Assembly: GCA_046350795.1 (NCBI GenBank)
Contig: JAXLZT010000002.1
Coordinates: forward strand, 24,293 to 88,292
DNA: 64,000 bases
Direction of reading: 5' to 3'
DNA from: Minisyncoccota bacterium
GTDB taxonomy: Bacteria; Patescibacteriota; Minisyncoccia; Phycocordibacterales; CALRHW01
Below are positions 55,601 to 62,600 of the stretch, in pieces. The notes under the pieces were generated by a model, which worked only from the letters and a program-made list of their open reading frames with translations, had not been told where the DNA came from and did no database searches. The translations under genes and the position numbers were made by a program. Every line of letters begins with the position of its first letter. Positions within the stretch are counted from its first letter, which is position 1.

Positions 55601-56316
55601 ACTCGTACGCTAGAAACAATCCGCTTGTATACACAGATCCAGATGGAGAGTTTGCACAGATTATCGCGGGTGTAGCAATTGGTGCCGCAGTGGGAGGTGT
55701 TATTGGAGGAACTGTATCAGCAATATCAGGAAATAGTTTCTGGTCGGGTGCAAAGTATGGAGCTATATCTGGAGCTACCGCAGGTCTCGTTATCTCTACT
55801 GCTGGTATGGGAGCGGCCGCTCTAGGTCTTACTTCATCAGAGGCCATAATCGGAGGATCTGCCGTTGGAAATGCATTAGGAAACGTGGCTGCTCGTGCCG
55901 CTGATGGACAATCTACTACTCCTGGCGATGTGGGAATGGATCTTGTAACTGGTGGAGCGGCTGGCATATTGAATGTGGGATATCTTAAAACACAAGGAGT
56001 TATTGGTAAAAATGGAAATTATATACCGACCATGTCAGCAAAAGATCTGCCGGCAGAGGCAAAAGCATTACTGGGTGAATACAACTCAAATGGTTGGTCT
56101 AAGGCACAAAGTGGACCAACTGGTGATCCACACACCTGGCAAAATCACGCTGGCGAACTTCCTTCTAGGGCAACAATATTTGACGCACAGTACAGTACGG
56201 GGCGGAGTCGAGGTTTAGAAAGGTTTGCGAATACTGGAAATAATGTTTATTATTCAAATACGCATTATGGTCAAGTCCCTAGAGGATCAAATCCATTCTT
56301 TAAATTAAAAAAATAG
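49618..56316 (+). CDS. Giant TcB/TcC-like polymorphic toxin: SpvB-like N-domain, 8x FG-GAP-like propeller repeats, RHS/YD-repeat shell with RHS core, variable C-terminal toxin domain
   Basis: SpvB-like region PDVDTFSGSLVYKYPIVLPAGRNGLTPSLDLTYNSGLSLNNSISGYNWSLSIPFIERINRKG. Repeats DVNGDGLPDF...PRVYLNTGNGWEF occur 8 times. Many YD motifs (YTYDALGR, YDKLGRR). RHS core end GHEYDEDTGLNYMGARYQNGNIGRFMSEDP, followed by a Gly-zipper and a unique 200-aa tail. Confidence 0.8.
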   Translation: MVLIIYEKTTNFMKNLLFIGARGQKHSLLSRFFIKSTAGLLIFLFAFPVGVVWGEDHSIDKNHNRSAEKTDTIKPSDPEKHDVGVVPTISEVAPSHRSKKDSRDESDKEVVPQLLLDEDANNIVENPSSIKSLLPDVDTFSGSLVYKYPIVLPAGRNGLTPSLDLTYNSGLSLNNSISGYNWSLSIPFIERINRKGADKLYSRNDFVSSLSGELVAENGTTKYTAKVDEGSFLDYTFTNDTWTAVDKQGTKYTFGSTTQSRLNNASNASETYRWMVEEIRDKNDNFIRFEYEKDSNQIYPSNIFYTGYGSTDGIFEVNFNYENREDETNSFASRFEMVTSRRLENIEININGVLSKKYSLAYIAGHNTVRSLLKSITVSAGTTTLPATEFEYQTIPKKLEFKPDVFQSPSFYRPSTSDYAFIELKESPESTNRLVDVNGDGLLDFIRTSNSENSDGIVHDINNDLPRVFLNTGHSWEFNPDKYQLPSYYRPSTNDYKYMVLNDVNKLIDVNGDNLPDFIHTSDVADADGVITNNNDGFPRVYLNTGNGWEFNPDKYQLPSYYRPSTNDYFFFQTKEEEHDVTQIIDVNGDGLPDFVRTSDDEDADGVVLNNNNSAPRVYLNTGNGWEFNPNKYQLPVYYRPSTNDYYFMALKSVPGSTNRLIDVNGDGLVDFLRTNDTEDADGVVLNNNGDAPRVYLNTGNGWEFNPDHYQLPVYYRPPTNDYHFMALKEFTQLADVNGDGLPDFVRTDDGEHATGVITNLNGDGPRVYLNTGNGWKFDPDLYQWPAFYKPATNNYEWRALKTSNQLIDINGDNLLDFVRTSAGEDADGLILNNNGDGSRVYINTGKGWEFNPDLYQLPSYYRPSTSDYYFMQLSYYSKFADINNDGLQDFIKTTSEFDSDGLILNNLNDGARVYQNVGETADYLAAVIFPEGGEAHFDYQLEIINGRNPSSPYYSQNVSVLKDIVIDDGLGNLATSTYKYKDGEYFYHNDPFKQFTGFSKVEKTDALGNLTKSYFHQGNASATSTGEYDDHISKMGKMYRTEQYDANGNLFSKTINKWDHFDTLTAAGATSTFVKLVDTVEFAYDGDSDHREKAESYAYDNTNGNLSQKISWGEVNGNNDGTFSDTGSDKTTTSMTYATSSTTSVLPSSFLPSRELVVDQYGAVVRDTKSYYDNLSFGLIDKGNLTKQEMLKSGSSYIDVEKIYNSYGLVTQEKDPRDKATSYSYDPFNLYPATTTNPIGQTTNALYDYSSGKPKQITDANGWVFQIIYDGLGRIIEEKQPDTVSPATLVTKSSYVYEDDTFPTSVMKTDYLNGLSTSSSTVDSYKYFDGLGRVIQERRRAEDSNTYSVKDTQYGLTGQKSRESLPYFSTGSARTSATGTNSLWNNFTYDALGRIKTIANSVGTITNTYDDWKLTVTDANGKSKDLYKDARGNLVQVDEHNSGDTYSTYYEWNPLGNLTKITDALGNIRNFTYDKLGRRLTAEDLHYSGDGNFSTWTYTYDDAGNTTSVVDGKGQTVNHTYDDINRALTEDFTGEKGTEITYGYDICSNGKGKICFATSTDALAGRTVVSYTYDALGRTSSEAKNIAGTTYQTNNEYDRLGNQTLVTTPDGAQIKYEYNSGGMVEKIARKGAGAGSFVNVVEDFDYSPEGKIVYQNNHNETATTNTYDASHLYRLTDKFTDGPAWGITNVLQDLHYTYDNVGNITQLSDTSETNNSKTIVYTYDDLSRLTMASSTAVGDGPAYKETYTYNAIGNILTKSDLGTYLYSGATSTTLFTNPHAVTSVNGTAYTYDRNGNTTQAGTATSSWNYRNQMISMKVGATTTTYVYDHTGDRVKYTNKLSTIVYPNKLYNIEIPVGTSTMATTTASHIFLGDTMIATVEKVGTTTEAIHYIHTDHLSGANISTDKDGLVTEITDFYPYGDQRLNKSYNGNFKEQRKFTGHEYDEDTGLNYMGARYQNGNIGRFMSEDPAFLKFDPNTSEGKMMLMDPQHQNSYSYARNNPLVYTDPDGEFAQIIAGVAIGAAVGGVIGGTVSAISGNSFWSGAKYGAISGATAGLVISTAGMGAAALGLTSSEAIIGGSAVGNALGNVAARAADGQSTTPGDVGMDLVTGGAAGILNVGYLKTQGVIGKNGNYIPTMSAKDLPAEAKALLGEYNSNGWSKAQSGPTGDPHTWQNHAGELPSRATIFDAQYSTGRSRGLERFANTGNNVYYSNTHYGQVPRGSNPFFKLKK

Positions 56317-56334
56317 TCAGGTAATATAAAAAAT

Positions 56335-56691
56335 ATGAAAGAATTCAAATTTGATTTCGTCGGTAAAAAAACAGAAAATGATTTTGCTGAACATTTCTAT
56401 AGATCTTTGAACGAATTAACAGGTCTGCCTCTTCTTGTTTTGCCCAGCATTCATCCCGATGGTCTATATGACGATTTGTTCGGATTTCTATCCAGTAAAG
56501 AATTTATAGGTAAGTTTGGAAAAGATATTTACTTTGTTCTTCAAAATACAAATGAGCTAAAACAAGAAGAACCAAAAGTATTAGAAAATACACTGTTGGC
56601 TCTTGAGGAAACAAAAAAAGAATTGAAAGAAAACCAATATCTAAAAAAAGATGAGAAAACTATAAATTTCAACTATTCTATAGAGAACTAA
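56335..56691 (+). CDS. Candidate cognate immunity protein for the RHS C-terminal toxin
   Basis: 118 aa, cytoplasmic and acidic, starting 19 nt after the toxin stop. This is the position typical of RHS/CDI immunity genes. No recognised domain. Confidence 0.4.
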   Translation: MKEFKFDFVGKKTENDFAEHFYRSLNELTGLPLLVLPSIHPDGLYDDLFGFLSSKEFIGKFGKDIYFVLQNTNELKQEEPKVLENTLLALEETKKELKENQYLKKDEKTINFNYSIEN

Positions 56692-56723
56692 TAATCAAAG
56701 ACATCTAAGACAACCAAAAACAG

Positions 56724-56752
56724 CACTTGAGTGCTGTTTTTGGTTGGACGCT
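56724..56752 (+). terminator. Intrinsic terminator hairpin (member of a 2-copy direct repeat)
   Basis: CCAAAAACAGCACTTGAGTGCTGTTTTTGG. Confidence 0.6.
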
Positions 56753-56835
56753 TATTTGGTCGAGCCTATTAGAGATAATTGCAAAAGATGTTAAAATTGA
56801 AGCAATAAATTAAAGAGCTTTAACGTAATTTCTTT

Positions 56836-57048
56836 ATGAAAAAACTTCCCTTAGCATTGATTCCATTTGCATTGATTGTGATAGTAATGCTTGTGTTTGC
56901 ACTAATTATTCCTCAAGGAGGGGATCTAATTTCTGCTTCCGGAGACGGTGTGCTTGGTGGTATCTTGAGTATGGCATTTATCGCTTGTGCAGTTATCGAT
57001 ATTAAAAGATATAGAGAAAGAAAAAGGAACTCAATCAGTAACAGCTAA
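56836..57048 (+). CDS. Small hydrophobic protein (70 aa, 2 TM)
   Basis: MKKLPLALIPFALIVIVMLVFALII...LGGILSMAFIACAVI. Flanked by near-identical terminator hairpins. Confidence 0.4.
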   Translation: MKKLPLALIPFALIVIVMLVFALIIPQGGDLISASGDGVLGGILSMAFIACAVIDIKRYRERKRNSISNS

Positions 57049-57061
57049 ATGCTTCAAATCA

Positions 57062-57088
57062 AAAACAGCACCAAGTGCTGTTTTTGAT
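57062..57088 (+). terminator. Intrinsic terminator hairpin, second copy of the 56724 repeat
   Basis: AAAAACAGCACCAAGTGCTGTTTTTGATTTG. Confidence 0.6.
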
Positions 57089-57162
57089 TTGTCATTATAG
57101 TGGTTTAAGTCCGCCTGTATGGGACAGTCGCCCACGTCTAACCAACGCGGGCTTCTTTTTTA

Positions 57163-57636
57163 ATGTATAATGTCAAACAAGTTATTGTTTTAATCATAAA
57201 AATGACCAACCACACACAACAATCAAACATAAATACTATTTTAGAAATTCTCAAAAATGAGATTGAGGGGGACGTGAATGCTGCGCTTGAAAAAATGACC
57301 GATGATTACTCGATGACGTGGGTATACAAACGGCGTGATGGTGTATTGTTCCCATCTGTTTTGGCACAGGATGTGCGCGCCGCTATGAAGGATGTGTATG
57401 TGATAAAAGGTCGTCAATACGATATCAAGCACATTGTCTCCGGCGGAGATGTGGTCATGGCGGAACTTGTTGAAAGTTATCCCGATGAGAAAGATGCTTC
57501 TGTTGTGTATCGAACCCCAATGGTTATTGTGTGGGAATTTAAGGATCAGAAAATCCGTGCTGGACGTCACTATTGTGATCCACAGCTTTCTTATGAAAAC
57601 CTGACAGAGGAGCAGGTGAGGGGGTTGTTTAAGTAG
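57163..57636 (+). CDS. NTF2-like/SnoaL-like fold protein (unknown function)
   Basis: About 145-157 aa. The alpha+beta cone pattern (hydrophobic core with conserved Asp/His) is weak, and the assignment rests on size and composition only. Confidence 0.3.
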   Translation: MYNVKQVIVLIIKMTNHTQQSNINTILEILKNEIEGDVNAALEKMTDDYSMTWVYKRRDGVLFPSVLAQDVRAAMKDVYVIKGRQYDIKHIVSGGDVVMAELVESYPDEKDASVVYRTPMVIVWEFKDQKIRAGRHYCDPQLSYENLTEEQVRGLFK

Positions 57637-57777
57637 GTTATTGATTTTCCCTGAGTGAGTAGGGGGTGCAAGCAGATTAGAGATGATAAGGTTTTTTTAA
57701 TTTGTCTTTCCGGATTTTTATCTGTTTACAAGTCGGGTAGATAATAAAATATTTTTTTAATATAATCTAACTTATAT

Positions 57778-58170
57778 ATGTCAAATCATTTCGGTGAACA
57801 CCTCACTTTAGATGGATATGGTGGCGAAGAAAGACTCTTGGACAGTCAAGAAACAGTTTTACGTGCTCTAAACGAACTTGTTGATCTTTTGGGTATGAAG
57901 ATACTTGCTGAGCCACAGGTTTATTTTGCCGAATCAAATGAAATAAAAGACCCTGGAGGATGGACTGGAGTCGTGGTGATTATGGAAAGTCACATTAGTA
58001 TACACACCTTTCCAAAGAGAGGATTTGTAAGTGCTGACGTTTATACTTGTCAAAATGGTTTAAACACGGATTTGATAATTTCCTATTTTAAAAAAGCTTT
58101 CAATCTGAAAGATGTCGAAACGAATTTTATAAAAAGAGGGATAAAGTATCCAGGTCAGAACATTTACTGA
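57778..58170 (+). CDS. speH: S-adenosylmethionine decarboxylase proenzyme (SpeH, class 1b)
   Basis: Self-processing site motif VVIMESHISIHTFPKRGFVSADVYTC (ES cleavage, Ser to pyruvoyl). 130 aa. Confidence 0.8.
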   Translation: MSNHFGEHLTLDGYGGEERLLDSQETVLRALNELVDLLGMKILAEPQVYFAESNEIKDPGGWTGVVVIMESHISIHTFPKRGFVSADVYTCQNGLNTDLIISYFKKAFNLKDVETNFIKRGIKYPGQNIY

Positions 58171-58184
58171 TATAATTTATAAGT

Positions 58185-58406
58185 ATGATAAACACAGAAA
58201 ATAAATCTATTATTTTAAATTGGGTCGTCATCTTGATTGTATTGTTGAGTCTTATCTTTACTTACTATCGTAGTTTTATATCGAAAGACTATGAAATTAT
58301 ACCAATTGAAGATAATGAAGATTCTGTTTTAGAAGAGGGAGTGCAGACAGGAGATGTAGAAGAAACTGTTGGAGATGATTTAAGCGTTGACCAAGTCTTT
58401 GAGTAA
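58185..58406 (+). CDS. Small membrane-anchored acidic protein (73 aa)
   Basis: One TM helix followed by an Asp/Glu-rich tail. Overlaps the 3' end of the convergent DHS-like gene. Confidence 0.3.
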   Translation: MINTENKSIILNWVVILIVLLSLIFTYYRSFISKDYEIIPIEDNEDSVLEEGVQTGDVEETVGDDLSVDQVFE

Positions 58407-59510
58407 GTACCCTTTCTTTTTTGTAAAAATTTTACTCCAGCCCCAACTCTTTCTCTTTTTCCAGTTTTTATTGTGATAAAGATAACTTGCCATAAGCGGA
58501 AGGGCAGCAGTAGCTTCGGCAAAAACCATTTGTTCGTATTCATGGTGTACCTTACCCCATGAACCAGCTTCTTTCAGTGTTGAGCTAGAGCAAGCCCCAT
58601 CTCGCACATCGGCTACGCTTATTTGAATAGCGTACTTATGCATTGGGACATCATGTCCCAGTATTTCTGCACACACCACCGTATCTTGTGCGAAATTTTT
58701 TGGAGTGCCTCCTCCGATAATGACAACACCACTAGTTTTTGCTTCTATTTTGATTTGTGTTAGTTCATGGAAATCTTTTACAGAATCTATTGAAAGGTGT
58801 TTTTCTGGATTCTTTACTTGATGTAGTACGAGACCAAATCCAGCACTACTGTCAGAAAAGGCTGGGCAGAATATTGGAACATTGTGTTCGTATGCTGCTT
58901 GAACAAGAGAATTTTTCTTTACAGATTTTTTTGATAGATATTTTCCCATTTCCCATATGAACTCTCTTGATGAGTATGGTCGTCTTTCTAGAGAGTCAGC
59001 AATTTCAGCTATGGCAGCGTCACATTTTTGTAGATCGTCTTCGTCTATGTATGTATCATAGATACGATCTATATAATGACCTCGTAGAAGTCGGTCATCG
59101 ATATGAGGAGTACCTTGGTAGTGTTTAAAACCAAGTGCTTCGAAAAAATCCATATCGACAATGCTTGCGCCAGTGGCAACTATCACATCAACCATGTTAT
59201 TTTTTACTAAATCAGTATATATATCCATGCAACCACCAGCACTTGTACTTCCAGCCAAGGTTAGAATAATAGTACAATCCTTATCTTTCAGCATGTTGTC
59301 ATAGATTTTTGTTGCATTTGCTAGATCTCGAGAGGTGAAAGACATTTTTGACATGGCTTCTATTAGATCTCGAGTATCAATCTTTTTAATATCTATATGT
59401 TCAACAGTCTTGGAAAGCAGCTGTTTTTTTGTTGGTTTTTGTGGCATAGTTATATTTGTAGGTATTAAATTGGTCTTTTTGATAATACCACTTAAGTTTG
59501 TTTTTAGCAA
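58380..59510 (-). CDS. Deoxyhypusine synthase-like (DHS/homospermidine synthase family) NAD-dependent aminobutyl transferase
   Basis: DHS-family patterns: TLAGSTSAGGCMD, VDVIVATGASIVDMDFFEALG, VIIGGGTPKNFAQ. About 355-376 aa. Confidence 0.6.
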   Translation of the reverse strand: MLKTNLSGIIKKTNLIPTNITMPQKPTKKQLLSKTVEHIDIKKIDTRDLIEAMSKMSFTSRDLANATKIYDNMLKDKDCTIILTLAGSTSAGGCMDIYTDLVKNNMVDVIVATGASIVDMDFFEALGFKHYQGTPHIDDRLLRGHYIDRIYDTYIDEDDLQKCDAAIAEIADSLERRPYSSREFIWEMGKYLSKKSVKKNSLVQAAYEHNVPIFCPAFSDSSAGFGLVLHQVKNPEKHLSIDSVKDFHELTQIKIEAKTSGVVIIGGGTPKNFAQDTVVCAEILGHDVPMHKYAIQISVADVRDGACSSSTLKEAGSWGKVHHEYEQMVFAEATAALPLMASYLYHNKNWKKRKSWGWSKIFTKKKGYLLKDLVNA

Positions 59511-59519
59511 GGATTTGTA

Positions 59520-60023
59520 ATGAATATTAAATCTATTTTGGGACGGGTTTTAAATTGGGTAACTGGTGGAACAGCTTACTATGTTTTTGTTTGGCTTTAT
59601 GATTATTTTGTCTTCTCGTATGTTATTTGGAGGTTCGGTGCTATTTGGGGTGGTTTGACTATGATTTTTGTAACTTTTCTTGTGGATGTGTTGACCATGA
59701 AGTTTTATGACTGGTCTAAGAGAGACTGGCTTGCTATTGAGACGATAAAAGACTTAGGGGAAACTAATAACTGGTTTGGAAGGTTGTTTAGGTGGTTAAA
59801 TGATAGAGGTTTTTTGCTTATTGTGGTTTTTTTGTCTTTAAAATTTAATCCATTCATTGTTACTGCCTATTTAAGAAGGGGATCCCATAAGTATAATGGT
59901 TTAAGCAAGAGGGATTGGTTTATTTTTTGCGGTAGTTCGATGCTAGGTGGAATTTATTGGATTATTGTTATTGCTACTGGAGTCTCTTTAGTGCAATATA
60001 TAAGAGATATTCTTGTGTTATAA
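59520..60023 (+). CDS. Membrane protein, unknown function
   Basis: 167 aa with 4 TM helices. Confidence 0.4.
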   Translation: MNIKSILGRVLNWVTGGTAYYVFVWLYDYFVFSYVIWRFGAIWGGLTMIFVTFLVDVLTMKFYDWSKRDWLAIETIKDLGETNNWFGRLFRWLNDRGFLLIVVFLSLKFNPFIVTAYLRRGSHKYNGLSKRDWFIFCGSSMLGGIYWIIVIATGVSLVQYIRDILVL

Positions 60024-60037
60024 AATCATTTATAAAT

Positions 60038-60874
60038 ATGCCAGAAGAAGCCTTTAGTTCAGTAGATTTAGTCGCTCAATGTTTAATTGATGAACCACGT
60101 TCATTAGCTTTTGAGGCTGCAATAAAAGAAGTAGTTAAACCGAATCATAAAGTAATTGATTTAGGCACTGGCTCTGGCCTTATGGCTATGTTTGCTGCCC
60201 GCGCTGGCGCATTAGATGTTAAGGCTTTAGAATTCGATCCTTTTATTGCTAAAGTAGCTAATCAAAACATTTCCACAAATGGTTTTTCTGAAAAAATTGA
60301 GCTGTGGCTTGGGGACGCTCGAAGTTTTGATTTTCCTGAAGGAGTTAATTTTGATGTGGTGATAATGGAGATGCTTACCACTGCTATGGTAGACGAGTTT
60401 CAGGTTCAAGCTGCAAACAACCTGCAAGATAGAAAGGTTGTGTCAGAAAAGACAGTGTTTATTCCCAAATCACAGCAGACTTTTGTAGAATTGGTAAATA
60501 AAAATTTTGAAATATATGGCTTTGTTTTTAAAATGGTTAAGCATTTGTGGAATAATCTTTCAGAAAATCAAAAATATGAAGTTTTAAGTGAAAAGTCCTT
60601 ACTCAATGACATACACTTCAACAGAAAGAATGATGAATATTTCGATAAAGTCATAGAGGTTAAATCAGTAAAAGCGGGAGAAGTGAATGCCGTCAGACTT
60701 TCCAGTCGAGCGTTTTTAACAGATAAAATAATACTTGATGATACTGAGACGTTTAATGCGCCAGTTATTATTCCTATAAAAGAGACAAAAATAGAAGCTG
60801 ATGCTGTAATTAAACTCAGAGTTCGGTATCGTTTTGGTTTTGGGTATCAACACCTTTCTGCTGAAATTTTGTAA
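60038..60874 (+). CDS. Class I SAM-dependent methyltransferase (PRMT-like fold); start set at MPEEAFSS
   Basis: Motif I VIDLGTGSGLMAMFAARAGA and an acidic post-I residue (ALEFD). The upstream part of the ORF overlaps the previous gene. Confidence 0.6.
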   Translation: MPEEAFSSVDLVAQCLIDEPRSLAFEAAIKEVVKPNHKVIDLGTGSGLMAMFAARAGALDVKALEFDPFIAKVANQNISTNGFSEKIELWLGDARSFDFPEGVNFDVVIMEMLTTAMVDEFQVQAANNLQDRKVVSEKTVFIPKSQQTFVELVNKNFEIYGFVFKMVKHLWNNLSENQKYEVLSEKSLLNDIHFNRKNDEYFDKVIEVKSVKAGEVNAVRLSSRAFLTDKIILDDTETFNAPVIIPIKETKIEADAVIKLRVRYRFGFGYQHLSAEIL

Positions 60875-60897
60875 TTATCTGTAGTATAATTTAATTT

Positions 60898-62577
60898 ATG
60901 TCAGAGTTTTTATGCCCATGGGAGGCAGCCCAATATTTTATATATTCAAGTAATGTACCTACACTTTTGTATTATTCTCACATTCCGTCGATAATTGCTG
61001 CACTCGCTATTGTTCTTCTTGTACTTCCCAAAACAAAAAGAACACTTGTAACCAAGTTGTTATCTATAATGTTTTTTGTGTTTATCGCTTGGTCTATAAG
61101 TGATTTAATTTTGTGGGCAACGAATCGTGCTGATGTTACCGTGTTCTTTTGGTCGACTCAGATATTGTTGGAGGTTTTGGTATATGCACTGGCATTTTAT
61201 GTTAGCTACGTGTTTATTTTTAATGAGGACCTGAGTTTCCGTAATAAATTTTTGTTAACCATGCCTATCGCAGTGTTTTCATTATTAATTCCAACAAATT
61301 TTACCATTACGGGCGTTGAGCTTGGAACATGTTATGCAATTGAAAATCCAGTAATAATTTTTTTGAGTTATATTTTTGAGGCTTTTTTCATTATAGCAAT
61401 TGCTATAATGTCCCTAAGAGGTTATCGCACGGTTGCTCAGAATAAGAAGAAACAGATAATCGGTTATTCTTTGGGAATAATAGTTTTTCTTCTGGCACTA
61501 ACCTACGGTAATATGATCGGTAGTTTTTCAGATGATTGGGTTGTAGCACAGTATGGTTTGTTCGGTATGCCTGTATTCATTGCTTTTCTTACTTACACAA
61601 TTGTCAAATTTAGACTTTTTGCTGTAAAGCTTCTTGGAGCACAGGCATTAGTCGTTACTCTTTGGGTTCTGATTGGATCCATGTTGTTGGTTGTCCAGAG
61701 TACTGCTTCTAGATCCATTGTTGTTTTTACTCTCGTTCTGTCTTTTATGTTTGGTATCTTTTTAATCCGCAGTGTCAAAAAAGAAGTCACACAACGCGAA
61801 CAAATCGAAAAACTAGCCGTAGATCTGCGACACACCAATAGCAACCTCGAGCACGCCAACGATCGGCTAAAAGAACTCGATAAACAAAAAACAGAATTCG
61901 TGTCTTTTGCTACGCATCAGCTACGCAGTCCTCTCACCGCAATGAAGGGTTATTCTTCGCTAATTTTGGAGGGTGACTACGGTGAAATAAGTCCAGACCT
62001 GCGTGACGCTGTGCAAAAAATTCATGAGTCTACCAACACACTTACAAACGTTGTTAATGACTACCTAAACATTTCTCGCATAGAGCTTGGTACAATGAAA
62101 TATGATTTTAAGTCACTTGATCTAAAAGATGTTGTGAGAGAGGTGGTGGGTGAGTTACAGCCAAATATGGACAAAGCGGGAATAAAGTTTTCATTTGAAG
62201 TGGATGCGCGTGCAAAATATCTAGTAAAAATTGATATTGATAAGTTCAAGCAGGTCCTTGCAAATATTATAGACAACTCTATAAAGTACACACCATCTGG
62301 ATCTATTGTTGTTTCTGTAAAAAAAGATACATCAAAAAATACCATTACTTTTGCAGTAAAAGATACTGGTATCGGTATGGCAGAAGGTGTGATACCAAAA
62401 CTTTTTGCAAAGTTTAGCCGAGCTGAGAATGCAAACAAAGTAAATATCCGTGGCACAGGACTCGGTCTCTTTGTTGCAAAGGAAATAGTAAAAGCTCACG
62501 GCGGAAAAGTCTGGGCGGAGTCAGAAGGCGAGGGTAAAGGCTCACAGTTTTACGTAGAGTTGCCAGCAGAGAAGTAG
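60898..62577 (+). CDS. Sensor histidine kinase with N-terminal 7TM (HisKA_7TM-type) sensor, HisKA and HATPase_c
   Basis: Seven hydrophobic helices, a coiled-coil, H-box FATHQLRSPLTAM, N-box NIIDNSIKYT and G-box GTGLGLFVAKEIV. Confidence 0.8.
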   Translation: MSEFLCPWEAAQYFIYSSNVPTLLYYSHIPSIIAALAIVLLVLPKTKRTLVTKLLSIMFFVFIAWSISDLILWATNRADVTVFFWSTQILLEVLVYALAFYVSYVFIFNEDLSFRNKFLLTMPIAVFSLLIPTNFTITGVELGTCYAIENPVIIFLSYIFEAFFIIAIAIMSLRGYRTVAQNKKKQIIGYSLGIIVFLLALTYGNMIGSFSDDWVVAQYGLFGMPVFIAFLTYTIVKFRLFAVKLLGAQALVVTLWVLIGSMLLVVQSTASRSIVVFTLVLSFMFGIFLIRSVKKEVTQREQIEKLAVDLRHTNSNLEHANDRLKELDKQKTEFVSFATHQLRSPLTAMKGYSSLILEGDYGEISPDLRDAVQKIHESTNTLTNVVNDYLNISRIELGTMKYDFKSLDLKDVVREVVGELQPNMDKAGIKFSFEVDARAKYLVKIDIDKFKQVLANIIDNSIKYTPSGSIVVSVKKDTSKNTITFAVKDTGIGMAEGVIPKLFAKFSRAENANKVNIRGTGLGLFVAKEIVKAHGGKVWAESEGEGKGSQFYVELPAEK

Positions 62578-62600
62578 TGCGTGTATAATGTTAGTCTTAT

